DNA of 64,000 nucleotides from positions 32,001 through 96,000 of IMG/VR virus record IMGVR_UViG_3300027914_001343, one strand, 5' to 3'. The notes beneath the pieces are model-generated. The model saw only the letters and a program-made list of their open reading frames with translations. It had not been told where the DNA came from and did not search any database. Source of the stretch: a virus. Its lineage: Duplodnaviria; Caudoviricetes. This document shows, piece after piece, positions 38,505-48,519 of this stretch; the first letter of the stretch is position 1, and each line of letters opens with the position of its first letter. A program made the position numbers and the translations under genes.

Positions 38505-39637
38505 TATTTCACCTCATCGAGAATTCTAGTAGCTCCCTCCAGAATCTCTTGAGAAGAGCCGTTATTCAACAACCTATCCATTAACAACTGCACGATGTTG
38601 TCTTTGGTGATGGTAATAGGGACAAACACGGCTTCTGTGATTGCTTCTGATTCTTCCTCCTGAACACTAAGGTCTCGAGCGATCTTCGACCAGTTATAAA
38701 GCGGGAACTTTCTGATAAGAATTTCCATGCTGTTCAGGATAGGATTAGTTGTCTCTGCCTCAATTCTGACATGACTTCCGTCCTCAAGACCAGAAACAAT
38801 CATTTCTACTTTGTTCAAGGTATCTTCGAGACTAAGACCAAGGCAACACACCGTAATGAATTTCATAGCCCTCTTGTTTTCGACAAACTTAATATCGTGT
38901 TCGCCGTTCTCGTGCGCCGTCACACGAACATGACCTTTAGCTTCTTCTTCATTGTGAGCTAAGCGATCGAATGAACCACATGGAAGAATACGTTTATAAA
39001 ACCTTGATGTGTGTACGTGTCCAATGAAGATCAGACCAGACACTAAGTCCAGATAAGCTTCTGAATCGTGCTTCTGGGCTTTTACGTGTTCCGGCAATTG
39101 GAAATCAAATTGTCCATGCATTAATGCATAGTCAACACGGTCAATACCTTTAGCGCGAAAGAGCTCTCTTATTTGGGAAAGGGTCTTCTCTGTCGTCGTT
39201 TCCCACTCATCGGGTACATAGAGGACTCGGATACCGAGTTCCTCTATGTACTCGACGCTTAGGTCTCTTACGTACTTTATATTGGCCCCAATTTGAGCTA
39301 ATTCGTTGATTGTAAGAAACACCTGAGGTTGATCCCAGTCATGACTAGGAGTACCCTTAAGTATTCTAACAATGATATTGTGTTTCTTACAAAGGCGCAG
39401 GAAATTAGACACCCACAAAAAGATATCAGTTTCATCTGTGCCTGTGAACGCCAAAAGGTCATCGAAGAAATCTCCGACAATCCAAATAGCGTCCAATGAA
39501 GCAGTTTCAGCGTTATCAGGAAATTCTCTACTGAGATTTTCAAGGATACGCCATGTAGGATTCTTAGGGTGGCCCAAATGGACATCACCCACAGAAGCCA
39601 TTTTCAATTTAGAGCGGGTCGTAAATGAGCTCATCAC
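38504..39637 (-). CDS. SbcD/Mre11-like metallophosphoesterase nuclease (phiKZ gp65-like)
   Basis: GDVHLG, GDFFD, GTPSHD, MHG, GHVH and GSFDR motifs. Confidence 0.9.
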   Translation of the reverse strand: MMSSFTTRSKLKMASVGDVHLGHPKNPTWRILENLSREFPDNAETASLDAIWIVGDFFDDLLAFTGTDETDIFLWVSNFLRLCKKHNIIVRILKGTPSHDWDQPQVFLTINELAQIGANIKYVRDLSVEYIEELGIRVLYVPDEWETTTEKTLSQIRELFRAKGIDRVDYALMHGQFDFQLPEHVKAQKHDSEAYLDLVSGLIFIGHVHTSRFYKRILPCGSFDRLAHNEEEAKGHVRVTAHENGEHDIKFVENKRAMKFITVCCLGLSLEDTLNKVEMIVSGLEDGSHVRIEAETTNPILNSMEILIRKFPLYNWSKIARDLSVQEEESEAITEAVFVPITITKDNIVQLLMDRLLNNGSSQEILEGATRILDEVK

Positions 39638-40169
39638 CAGGTCCTTGTTCGGATTTCTGGATTACTTTATCGGTAGGGGTTTTTTGGTCGAGAAAACCTT
39701 CTTTACCGTACCGTACCAAGATTGCGTTCCAACGTTCTGATGTGTCGGTCGATTTAGCACCGGCATTTTCCATCAGCATCGAACGCTCATTTAATTGGCC
39801 TACCAGATAATTTTGTCCTGCGATAGGACTCATCCTAGTATATTGCTCAGCAGTCTGCACAATATGGGAAATTGGAAGACCGTTTTCACCTGCGACATTG
39901 ACGGCATTACGATCCAAGAATCCAGGGACTGTGAAAATAACATTCCCTTTTTCATCTACAACGTCCACTTCGCGGTTCCAGCCACGCGCAAAGCCGATCC
40001 AAGTATCCATTGTCGCTTTATACTGAGACACCTCGCCCACAAACAACGGCAGGAAGACATTTACAAAAACTACTTCAGGTAGTCGAGGACGGTCGCTCTC
40101 GCTAATGTCATTCAGGAGTGCAGCAATCTCAGTGATCTCGCCACCAAAACTAGGGACAAACTCTTCCAT
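39609..40169 (-). CDS. conserved hypothetical protein
   Basis: 186 aa, AAGGA SD. Confidence 0.65.
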   Translation of the reverse strand: MEEFVPSFGGEITEIAALLNDISESDRPRLPEVVFVNVFLPLFVGEVSQYKATMDTWIGFARGWNREVDVVDEKGNVIFTVPGFLDRNAVNVAGENGLPISHIVQTAEQYTRMSPIAGQNYLVGQLNERSMLMENAGAKSTDTSERWNAILVRYGKEGFLDQKTPTDKVIQKSEQGPGDELIYDPL

Positions 40170-40182
40170 TGTTTTCTTCCTT

Positions 40183-40617
40183 TTAATAAGTGCCGTCGTT
40201 GTTTGCAGCTACTACCCTAGCAAACCGACCATTCATTTCTCGTAAGATTTGACCAACAGAATAATCTTTTCCTGCATCCGTAACCTGGATGTGAATCCGT
40301 AGCTCCATTCTGTTAGAACCGAACTCAACTTCATTAGTAGTCACAGTAACGCGGCTACTATCAAAATATCTGTTGAAGTATCCAGTAAGACTTTCACTAG
40401 CTTTACTGGCTAACTTACCCATGTCGTGACCTGCCTCAGCTATGATAGCCTGCATACTTGTTACTGTGCCGGCAAAGATGTAGCTTTGGCGTGGATCAGT
40501 CTCAAAAAAATAAGCCATCAGGAAGTCGACTTTCTCAGCAGTTCCCTTAACCCAACCATTTGTGGTTAGAGTAGGAACCACTTTAATTGCATCGTCATTA
40601 GGCATGCTGTTCACCAT
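40183..40617 (-). CDS. conserved protein, possibly gp25/GpW-like baseplate wedge fold
   Basis: 144 aa. Helix-'L..YFNRYF'-strand-strand pattern (inference). Confidence 0.5.
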   Translation of the reverse strand: MVNSMPNDDAIKVVPTLTTNGWVKGTAEKVDFLMAYFFETDPRQSYIFAGTVTSMQAIIAEAGHDMGKLASKASESLTGYFNRYFDSSRVTVTTNEVEFGSNRMELRIHIQVTDAGKDYSVGQILREMNGRFARVVAANNDGTY

Positions 40618-40688
40618 ACATATCAGTTATACACAGCATTAAGGGCAAAAAAAAAAAAGAGGACCGGTTTCCCGGCCCCCTCTTTGCC

Positions 40689-41321
40689 TTACAGCTGATT
40701 GCCGAACTCGGAACCAGGATCTTCCCCGCCGTGTGCGACAAACGCTCTAAGGTTTCTCCAACTTGTTTGAATATCAACCTGCTCACTCAGTTCGAGTTCA
40801 CGATCGCCTTCAATCAGTTCTTCAAAGTATTCAGTAACGAAGTATTGTTCTTCTTCCTCACCTTCTACCTTTTCTGGAACAAACAGCCCATTCATAGCGC
40901 GACGATAATCGTAATGGTCTTCACCAATGCGACCAGGATGTCTGTCAATGTAAGTACGACTGAATCCTTCGCAACGCTGCTGATGATAGAGTTTCCGATA
41001 ATCTGGTTCCGCCATCAACCATCGCTGCATCTCGAGACCGGCTGTCTGAAAGTCACTGATCGAAGTAAGTTCTCGAATATCATCAGCTTTGAAGAGACTA
41101 CCAACATTCCGAAGGATGGCTCTTGCTTTCCGGAATGATTCTCCGCTACTGAAGAATTCAAAAACACGTTCGGTCTCTTGGGAGAACCGTCTTCCTACGT
41201 CAGTCAACAACCCTGTAACGTGGTTAAACTGATTCTCCATATACCGCATGGTATTCGGATGAACTGATTGTGCTCCGTACAACAATGCATCAAAACCATC
41301 ATTGTCAAGTTCAGCAATCAT
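40689..41321 (-). CDS. conserved nucleus-cluster protein (phiKZ gp59 position)
   Basis: 210 aa with AAACAAGGAG SD, downstream of nvRNAP beta'-N. Confidence 0.6.
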   Translation of the reverse strand: MIAELDNDGFDALLYGAQSVHPNTMRYMENQFNHVTGLLTDVGRRFSQETERVFEFFSSGESFRKARAILRNVGSLFKADDIRELTSISDFQTAGLEMQRWLMAEPDYRKLYHQQRCEGFSRTYIDRHPGRIGEDHYDYRRAMNGLFVPEKVEGEEEEQYFVTEYFEELIEGDRELELSEQVDIQTSWRNLRAFVAHGGEDPGSEFGNQL

Positions 41322-41345
41322 CTTTGCTCCTTGTTTAATGCCTTG

Positions 41346-42839
41346 TTAATAAGTCGGGACCAATTCTCGCAATCTTGCTGCCTTGCGCGGATCGTAATCA
41401 TTAGGCGAAGAACTAGTTAGCCAATGAGCGATTGTTTGCGCTACCGGTTTTGGGATAGCAAGGTTATTGGTCACCTCTCGCGGTTTATCAAGCCCAAAAA
41501 CAGACTTGTGTGGTGCGAGAGCCTCGAGAGCTTCCGCAGTAAAGCTATCGAGACTTAACGTGAAGTTGATTTGGTCGCCATCAAAGTCAGCGTTCATCCC
41601 TTTTACTGTAATAATGCTAATTGACACAGTCGGGATTTCAGTAGCTGGCTTTACCTTCGTAATGAAGACAGCCTGAGCTGAAGCACGCTCAAGCGATGGA
41701 TTACGCTGCATCACAGCAGGAATCCCAATTCCTGGTGCTTCTGCAATCAACTCCTTGAACAACTCATCCAAAATAGGATGGTACTGCTGGGAATTAAACT
41801 TCAGGAAACCAATCGCTTCATTCGGCGTAAAGCCGCGACTGATAAGCTTGTTGATCAAATGAATCCGCAAAACACTCACCCCGATACCCCAGGGGATGTG
41901 GATCTCGCGGTAAAAGTGGTCATCCGTGAGAGAGGAAATCACGGCTCGGAAACTGAAATGCGCCCGAGAACCAAACACATGCTTTCGGAAAACACCTGGC
42001 TTCTTAGCGAAAGTTGTCTTGTAGATACCTTCGTAGAATTCAGCCAGCTGCATGACAGCACGAACTACGCGATTTTGTTTCGTGTGCAAACTTACAGGAG
42101 TGTCACCTGTGTCGATACCCACTAACATCCGGATACCATCAACAGCGCCTGCGATGATTGGGTCTGCGTAAGGACCCATGTTACTTTCCTCGAGAATCAG
42201 CAGTGCTTTATTAGGCACTGGGAGATATGACGAGAAAACTGCATTGCGTTGTGTGCGCAGAAGTGTACTAAGATCTTCTTCTACACCAAACGGGCAGTCT
42301 TTGTTACGCAAGGCACGGATGTTAAACAGAATATCCATTACCTCATCGAAGTTTTCCACAAAACTGTTATACGAGCGCCGGATACCGGCTTCACGCATTT
42401 TCGCTTCAAGTTCAGGCAGGAAAGGCGCAGGTTTCACTGGAGCTTTGTAACTGGTGTCACACATCCAGCGCACTGTTTCAAAACCAGAGCGCGTGAAACG
42501 TTGCTTCAACATCAGCCATACGTGTGGATTCATGAGTTTTTCAACTCCTTCAGGAGCTCTCAACCAAACGAGAGGTTCCAGATCCTTTTCGAGTTTTGGC
42601 TCGACAGGTCTTCCACATTCAGGACAAATAATGCCTTCCTTGTGTTTACCTTTGGTGACTCCACAATAGCACGAGGGCATATTGTTCAAAACGTCACCAC
42701 TGAACGACGAATAAATCAAGTCATTCAACATGCGCTTTTGTTCATCAGTGATTTCGACGTAATCATTTACGATTACCGGTTCTATCGTCTTCTGATGGAA
42801 CGTATCGTCATAACTGATCAGCTCTTGGTAAATACCCAT
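41346..42839 (-). CDS. non-virion RNA polymerase beta' N-terminal (catalytic) subunit (phiKZ gp55-56.1-like, uninterrupted)
   Basis: Catalytic NADFDGD, RNPSL, KPGVFRKHVFGSR and an N-terminal CxC..CxxC Zn finger. Confidence 0.92.
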   Translation of the reverse strand: MGIYQELISYDDTFHQKTIEPVIVNDYVEITDEQKRMLNDLIYSSFSGDVLNNMPSCYCGVTKGKHKEGIICPECGRPVEPKLEKDLEPLVWLRAPEGVEKLMNPHVWLMLKQRFTRSGFETVRWMCDTSYKAPVKPAPFLPELEAKMREAGIRRSYNSFVENFDEVMDILFNIRALRNKDCPFGVEEDLSTLLRTQRNAVFSSYLPVPNKALLILEESNMGPYADPIIAGAVDGIRMLVGIDTGDTPVSLHTKQNRVVRAVMQLAEFYEGIYKTTFAKKPGVFRKHVFGSRAHFSFRAVISSLTDDHFYREIHIPWGIGVSVLRIHLINKLISRGFTPNEAIGFLKFNSQQYHPILDELFKELIAEAPGIGIPAVMQRNPSLERASAQAVFITKVKPATEIPTVSISIITVKGMNADFDGDQINFTLSLDSFTAEALEALAPHKSVFGLDKPREVTNNLAIPKPVAQTIAHWLTSSSPNDYDPRKAARLRELVPTY

Positions 42840-42865
42840 TTGCTTTCCTCCGCCAGTTTTAAGGG

Positions 42866-42898
42866 AAAAAAAGAAAGGGGACCGAAGCCCCCTTTCTC
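42866..42898 (-). terminator. intrinsic terminator after chmA
   Basis: agaaagggg/cccctttct stem with a U-tract on the minus strand. Confidence 0.75.
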
Positions 42899-42928
42899 TT
42901 ACTGCTTAGCCGTTAGGCAAGCCCCTTA

Positions 42929-44851
42929 TCAGCGGCTGTAGTGACGGCCGTTGTAAACACCGAAGGTACGGGAAGCACCACCGCGACCGAAGTTGTTGCT
43001 GAAGACGCCGGACGGAGTCGAGCTCATCATCATGTTGCGGGCGAAGCTGCTGGTGGAACGCTGAGTGCCTTGGATGTCGCCGAAGTTCTGGACCAGAGGA
43101 GCATGGAACTTCGAAGCCGCGAACGCCTGAGCGATTGCACCCATCTGCACCGGGTTGAAGGTAATGCGACGCTGCCAGCCTTCGAAGACGGCGGACGGGC
43201 ACAGATGCTGGATGATCTGGCGACGACGGCTCAGGTGCACCTTCACGTCGTTCGTTTCGTTCACCATGGTTTCGCTGAATTCAGCGATGGTTTCCGGATT
43301 GCGATCGCCGGTCAGGTTCGCTACCGCGAGGTAGTCGAAGTGCGCCAGAGACTTCTTGGTGCCGTCACTGAAATGGCCCTTGTAGATACGGGCGGTTTCC
43401 AGTGCAATTGGCTGGGTCGGGTCGTAGAACTTGCTGAAGTTGCCACCGGTCAGTGCATCCATGGAAGCCACGAAGTATTCGACGGCGTCCGGACGGTTTT
43501 GAGCCAGCGGGATCAGCAGACCGGACATCCAGGATTGCGGACCAACTTCATCCACATCGGCCTGGATAACCAGACCCGGATGCATGAAGGCCGAAACCAG
43601 GTTCACCAGTTCGTTCGGCTGCACGTTCAGAGCAGAACCCCAACCATTCGGGTTCTTTTCCAGGTTGGCTTCGTAACCGATGCCGCCGATGTCATGCATG
43701 TCGGAACCATTCATGCTGCGCGGCAGGAACGCACGCACCCAGTTGTTGTTGTCGGACAGGACGTTCACGCTGGCCAGGGCCAGGAGATAGGCATTGAACG
43801 AAGCAGCATCTTCGGTATCCAGCCGGGTAATCACGAAGGACGGCAGGTACAGTTGGGTCGGGATCTGGGTATTCGGCGCTTGCAGCTGGTACGGATTGGA
43901 CGGTTCTGCAGCCGGGCTCCAGATCAGATCCATGTAACCGTACAGTGCAGTGATGCGCTTCATGCGATCAGCGGCGATACCGGTAGTGTTCTGGTTCTTC
44001 GGACGAGCGTAGAGCTCAACACAAACATCACCACGAACAGCAGAGCCGACTTCATCGAAGACATCGTCATTGCCGAAGGTGATGCGTGTGGACAGCGTGG
44101 CATCTTCCTTGGCATCCAGGATGCAAACATCCGGCTCACCGGCGACCTGCGAAATGGCGACGTGAATGGAAGCCAGGGCATTGGCGGCGGTAGAACGAGT
44201 GAGGTCGTCATCGGCGAAGTTGTAGTCGGCCGGGATCACGCAAGCATCGCAATCCAGGAAACCGGCGTTCTGGAAGTTCGCCATGAAGGTTTCGAAGATC
44301 ACTTCACGCATTGCGTCGTCGTAGGCATCGGACGCGAACTGCGGGATTTCAACTTGCTGACCATTGATGGTCTCGACCTTGGCAGCAAAGGCTTGGGTGG
44401 AGCCAGCCAGCAGCAGGGTGTGGACGCCGACGCCCAGTTCCGGTTCTTGTACACGGAAAGCAGCAACCATAACAGCCGAGATTGCGATGCGGCTGTTATT
44501 GTTCATGTCGATCGGGATCAGGCGAATTTCGTAATCCGGGGAAGCAGACTCGTACTGCTTCTTCAGGGCAGCCATCATCTTGACGACGGCTTCGCCAGAG
44601 GTGTTGCGGGACAGCGGAGCAGTGGTGGAACGGCAGCCGCTGATGAAGGAATGCTGGTGACGTTGTTGCATTTTAACTTCCTTGTTTTTGGGTTGTTGTT
44701 TGGTTTGGGAAACAGCTTCTTGTGCGGCTGCCGTACTTGCGGCACGCACACGGTTTTTCTGACTGGCTGCAAGCTTGGAGGCTACACCAGCATTCGCCAT
44801 TGCCGAAGCCATAGCGGTTTGTTCTTTTCCATCTTTACTGTGATCAATCAT
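42929..44851 (-). CDS. chmA: chimallin, major phage nuclear shell protein (phiKZ gp54-like)
   Basis: 640 aa, immediately upstream of nvRNAP beta'-N. Early promoter, extreme codon bias, 'GYMDLIW', 'DIGGIGYE' and 'FDYLAV' segments. Confidence 0.8.
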   Translation of the reverse strand: MIDHSKDGKEQTAMASAMANAGVASKLAASQKNRVRAASTAAAQEAVSQTKQQPKNKEVKMQQRHQHSFISGCRSTTAPLSRNTSGEAVVKMMAALKKQYESASPDYEIRLIPIDMNNNSRIAISAVMVAAFRVQEPELGVGVHTLLLAGSTQAFAAKVETINGQQVEIPQFASDAYDDAMREVIFETFMANFQNAGFLDCDACVIPADYNFADDDLTRSTAANALASIHVAISQVAGEPDVCILDAKEDATLSTRITFGNDDVFDEVGSAVRGDVCVELYARPKNQNTTGIAADRMKRITALYGYMDLIWSPAAEPSNPYQLQAPNTQIPTQLYLPSFVITRLDTEDAASFNAYLLALASVNVLSDNNNWVRAFLPRSMNGSDMHDIGGIGYEANLEKNPNGWGSALNVQPNELVNLVSAFMHPGLVIQADVDEVGPQSWMSGLLIPLAQNRPDAVEYFVASMDALTGGNFSKFYDPTQPIALETARIYKGHFSDGTKKSLAHFDYLAVANLTGDRNPETIAEFSETMVNETNDVKVHLSRRRQIIQHLCPSAVFEGWQRRITFNPVQMGAIAQAFAASKFHAPLVQNFGDIQGTQRSTSSFARNMMMSSTPSGVFSNNFGRGGASRTFGVYNGRHYSR

Positions 44852-44919
44852 TTTGCTTTTTTTTCCCTTGTTTATACACTACGTAGTGTACAGTTAAACG
44901 AAACACGATTCCCTGTACA

Positions 44920-44948
44920 CCATTGTGATATAGGTCTAAAAATATTTG
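44920..44948 (-). promoter_or_regulatory. early promoter of chmA
   Basis: Minus strand AAATATTTTTAGACCTATATCACAATGG, a variant of the motif at 15.4, 31.2 and 36.8 kb. Confidence 0.55.
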
Positions 44949-45120
44949 GAATCTGTGACTAGACATTATACCCCCTGCACTTACACAGGGCTACCGTGTA
45001 AGCACGAAAGTAACCAATGGCTATTCTCTATAGGATAAGGTACTATCCAGTAAAAAAATATTGGGTACTAGAGTCGGACCTAATTTTATAGTCAAACATT
45101 CAACAAGTTCGGGTGCGAGC

Positions 45121-46227
45121 ATGCTAAATTTATTTAACCTCTATCCGGATCTTAACGTTCCTATGCTGTACCCACAGAACTGGAATACTGTCAGACCGCA
45201 GTTGCGCCAGAACCTTGGGACGTTAATTCGATTCTACCGGAAAAATCCAATGGCTGTTAAGAGCGACCACTTTTTAGTTCGGTTGCTCCAGTCCATTACA
45301 GTTCCAAAATCACAACCTACAACTAGGTATTATGAGAACGTTAGTGCTATCTCACTTAATCTGTCAATGGCGTTAAAATTAACTTCTTCTATTTATCCAG
45401 GTCATGTTTTTAAAGGTGTGTTTTATGGGACAGGCACAACAGAAATTCTGATTGCTCATGACGAAAGTTTTGATCCAGTGGAAGCAGATAAGAACTGGAA
45501 GAACCTTTGTCCTGTGCGTGTATTACGGCATCCTCGTTCTGATCTAGGACTGAACCTTCCTGATGGTCATGCTACTGGTTCTGAAACTGGTTTGGCGGTT
45601 ATAGCTATCAATATTACGATGCTTGCAATTCAGTACAGAGGTTTTCGTAATGAAGAAACAAAGATAGCTGAAGTTACACACGAAAACCAGCGTTCAATAA
45701 TGCAGTTTATCCACATGTACGTTTTGCCGAACATGGTCCTTAGTCAAACCGATGTCGCACTTATCAATAGAGTGCTTCGACATGTCGAAGGCGCACCGCT
45801 CGGTGAAAGCTATAAAGGTCATTCTTTCTTTCTTTCTGATTATACCAAAAAGACTGACGATGTGATCGAAGTGGTTATTGAAAACCTGCGTAAGACTAAA
45901 AGAACCTTTACTGGTATTCTTAGGAATATTCCTGTTATCACTAAAGACACAGCTGAAACAGTGATGAATATTCCAGACATGGCACCTACTAAACAAGTGG
46001 TATGGGCTTTAGCTACAGCGGTACTACCGGAAATCAAGCTAATGCTTTTGCTCTCGGAAGAAAATGCCAAGAACAGGAACCAGCAAGAAATCAACAAGAT
46101 TCTTCGCGCTATTTTGAAGTATGAAAACAACAACTTCTTTGAGTCAGTTTTACCTAGGGATACACTTTACGAAGTTAGTAAAGAGATCCAGGAAATTGTT
46201 GGTATCATCGAGCATGCGGAACGCTAG
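45121..46227 (+). CDS. conserved jumbo-phage protein (phiKZ gp52-like)
   Basis: ATG 45121. Lies between chmA and the DNA polymerase, as in phiKZ. Confidence 0.6.
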   Translation: MLNLFNLYPDLNVPMLYPQNWNTVRPQLRQNLGTLIRFYRKNPMAVKSDHFLVRLLQSITVPKSQPTTRYYENVSAISLNLSMALKLTSSIYPGHVFKGVFYGTGTTEILIAHDESFDPVEADKNWKNLCPVRVLRHPRSDLGLNLPDGHATGSETGLAVIAINITMLAIQYRGFRNEETKIAEVTHENQRSIMQFIHMYVLPNMVLSQTDVALINRVLRHVEGAPLGESYKGHSFFLSDYTKKTDDVIEVVIENLRKTKRTFTGILRNIPVITKDTAETVMNIPDMAPTKQVVWALATAVLPEIKLMLLLSEENAKNRNQQEINKILRAILKYENNNFFESVLPRDTLYEVSKEIQEIVGIIEHAER

Positions 46228-46229
46228 GA

Positions 46230-46264
46230 CATATTGGCCAGGCTTTCGCCTGGCCTTTATGCTG
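46230..46264. terminator. bidirectional hairpin terminator (repeat family)
   Basis: catattggccaggc-tttc-gcctggcctttatgctg, nearly identical to 54910-54944. Confidence 0.8.
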
Positions 46265-48418
46265 TTAATACTGGTCAGACACCAACCGCGTCAGTTTATC
46301 GTTGGAACAATAATACCCGAGTGTTTCAAGGATCAGATAGAAAACAGAGCAGGTATCAGCCACAATCTTTCTAACGTTCATAGCTGACAATACTTCTGTT
46401 GGAATACCATTTTGCAAAATAGCTTGCTCAGGTAATTGCAAGAGCCCAATGTATTTCTTGTTGTACTTTTGCATCCACGCAGCCATACGGTTAGCCAGAT
46501 CTCGATCCTCCAAACTATCCAGCCAGGTTTTGGTCTTGCTCGGCGTATCAAGATCGGTGGCGAACTTCAGACACATATACGGCGGTTCTTGAATACTACC
46601 GTACTTAGGAGAGAACACATCTTCCCACATCGAGTAGAAAATGTAATTTGACTCCATAGGTCCCTTAGTGTAAGAAGCTGCTTGTTTAATCTGGCCCTTA
46701 CGGAAATACTCAGAACCTCCATTACGGATATCAGAATACACACTACGTTCGATATCGGCAACACGAGTGAGCATTGCTTTCAGACTGATCTTCTTACCAG
46801 CAATAACGTCGTTCATGATATCGGTCATCATTGTGGTTGCTTGTTCCATGATTCGGACAGGTGCATTAGAAGACTTCAGGTGAACGCCCTTGATCTCCTT
46901 TTTGTACTTGTCAAACAAATTACCTTCTTGGCAACCGATCAACGCAAAATAATGTTTAGCTACCTGCGTAGGAACGAAGACGTCAAACTTGAATTCGTTC
47001 TTCATGGCTATCTGATGGATACGTGCGTTCTCGATACCAAAGTTGGCTGACATTCGTGCCAACAAATGGATAATAGACTGAGCCGATAACCAAATCATTG
47101 CAGCTGCTACTGAATTAGCTTCTTGGTCAAACTTGATGCTACCACAATACCACTCCACCCAGTCTTGCACAGTAAAGATAGTAGAGTCAGTGTCTGACGT
47201 AAGCGCAGCGTGGCGGATGCTTTCAGGAAAGTAGGCAACCGAAGCAGGCATGTTATCAGTAACCCAGAACGCTTTGATAAGCAATCCAAATTCTTTAACA
47301 GTATCTGCAATACCCAGAGCAGTGAGAGCTACGTTGGCACGAGCTTCATCCGTTGCGTTCTTACCGTCGTCAGCCATACCAGGAATAACGTATAAACGTT
47401 TACCTTTCATATCTGGCGAACATATCTGCACAGCAAGATGTACATTATCTTCCGGCTGGGCTTTTAGGACTGCTACGGCATTCTCAATCTCACCTGTCTT
47501 ATAGGAAGAGATACCCTTGATGAATTTACCGACAAGTTCTGGATTGAGCTGCTTCAGGTGGTACAGATCGCCCACATATACAAAAGCTGCGCGCTGGATT
47601 GGTGTCAGGCGTTCTACCAGCTTTTTGATCCGCATCATGCGGTCACGGCTGCGCCAATATTTCTTCGTAGAGAACTTGATGCATTCCATCACTTCGTCCA
47701 CTACAGGGTATTTAATCCCATAGACGTCGATAGCTTGTTGGATCATCTCGTAATCAACATTGTTAATAATAGAAACGATGTTGTACTCAACGATGTCAGG
47801 AGACCAGTAATGTCTATTCCCGCTAAGGAACTTTTCATTATTGGCGTTACCGTAACCGGATGTTGACCGGCAATTGGATGTTAACGTACTGTGCGCAGTT
47901 CGGTTGTACAGCGGCGTTGATGGGGAGACGTGCGCACCAGAGATTGCGTTATTGCCAAGCTTTCTGTTGTTCTGTTCATTCTTCTTAATCGAATACAGAA
48001 CAACATCTTTTGCCATCTCAGCAGCAAACATTGCCTTCTTAGCTACGCCCCGCGCCTTCACGTTACCATCGATGTAGTTTACGAGAAGAGATTGAATTTT
48101 GTGTGGCGGAATGTACGTAGTCAAAGTAGGTGCTATGAGCTCCTGATTTTCCAAAGCATCTTGCAGGTATTGACCTAGCGTTCCTTCTTTCTTCACGCGG
48201 TCACCATTGTCTTCCCGTTCCAAGTAAATAATCCTCGGGTCTCTGAAGGGAAAACGACCGTCCTTTGAGATTGCATGTTCTACAAAAGCTCTGCATTCTT
48301 CAATAGGCTTATTTGTCATTGCGCTCAAATAAGTAGCAGCATCTCTCTTGTAAAACTCAAAGATCCTAAGATCCCGGCGGTATTCGTTCTTTTCGAGTAC
48401 GAATGGGTTTGCTTCCAT
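46265..48418 (-). CDS. family-B DNA polymerase, C-terminal catalytic half (phiKZ gp50-like)
   Basis: Motif B KLGNNAISG, motif C SDTDST, KHYFA and EIKGVHL. Start moved to ATG 48418 (GGAGG SD). Confidence 0.88.
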   Translation of the reverse strand: MEANPFVLEKNEYRRDLRIFEFYKRDAATYLSAMTNKPIEECRAFVEHAISKDGRFPFRDPRIIYLEREDNGDRVKKEGTLGQYLQDALENQELIAPTLTTYIPPHKIQSLLVNYIDGNVKARGVAKKAMFAAEMAKDVVLYSIKKNEQNNRKLGNNAISGAHVSPSTPLYNRTAHSTLTSNCRSTSGYGNANNEKFLSGNRHYWSPDIVEYNIVSIINNVDYEMIQQAIDVYGIKYPVVDEVMECIKFSTKKYWRSRDRMMRIKKLVERLTPIQRAAFVYVGDLYHLKQLNPELVGKFIKGISSYKTGEIENAVAVLKAQPEDNVHLAVQICSPDMKGKRLYVIPGMADDGKNATDEARANVALTALGIADTVKEFGLLIKAFWVTDNMPASVAYFPESIRHAALTSDTDSTIFTVQDWVEWYCGSIKFDQEANSVAAAMIWLSAQSIIHLLARMSANFGIENARIHQIAMKNEFKFDVFVPTQVAKHYFALIGCQEGNLFDKYKKEIKGVHLKSSNAPVRIMEQATTMMTDIMNDVIAGKKISLKAMLTRVADIERSVYSDIRNGGSEYFRKGQIKQAASYTKGPMESNYIFYSMWEDVFSPKYGSIQEPPYMCLKFATDLDTPSKTKTWLDSLEDRDLANRMAAWMQKYNKKYIGLLQLPEQAILQNGIPTEVLSAMNVRKIVADTCSVFYLILETLGYYCSNDKLTRLVSDQY

Positions 48419-48481
48419 TAAGAACCTCCGTTTGTCTAATGGCAAAAGATAACTGAGGCCAATAAAAAAAAAAAGCGGCAT

Positions 48482-48519
48482 AAAAAAGAAAAAGGTCGAG
48501 GGGATGGCAGTCCCCTCGA
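48482..48519 (-). terminator. intrinsic terminator
   Basis: 9-bp tcgagggga/tcccctcga stem followed by a long U-tract on the minus strand. Confidence 0.85.

Noticed and set aside
28970-42839. Group I introns, homing endonucleases or inteins in RNAP genes
   Set aside because: The ORFs are continuous and of the expected size, with no HNH, LAGLIDADG or intein motifs seen.
42941-44962. 673-aa ORF antisense to chimallin
   Set aside because: It is in register with chmA, whose strong codon bias avoids TTA/CTA/TCA and so removes antisense stops. TTG start, no SD, no recognisable motifs.
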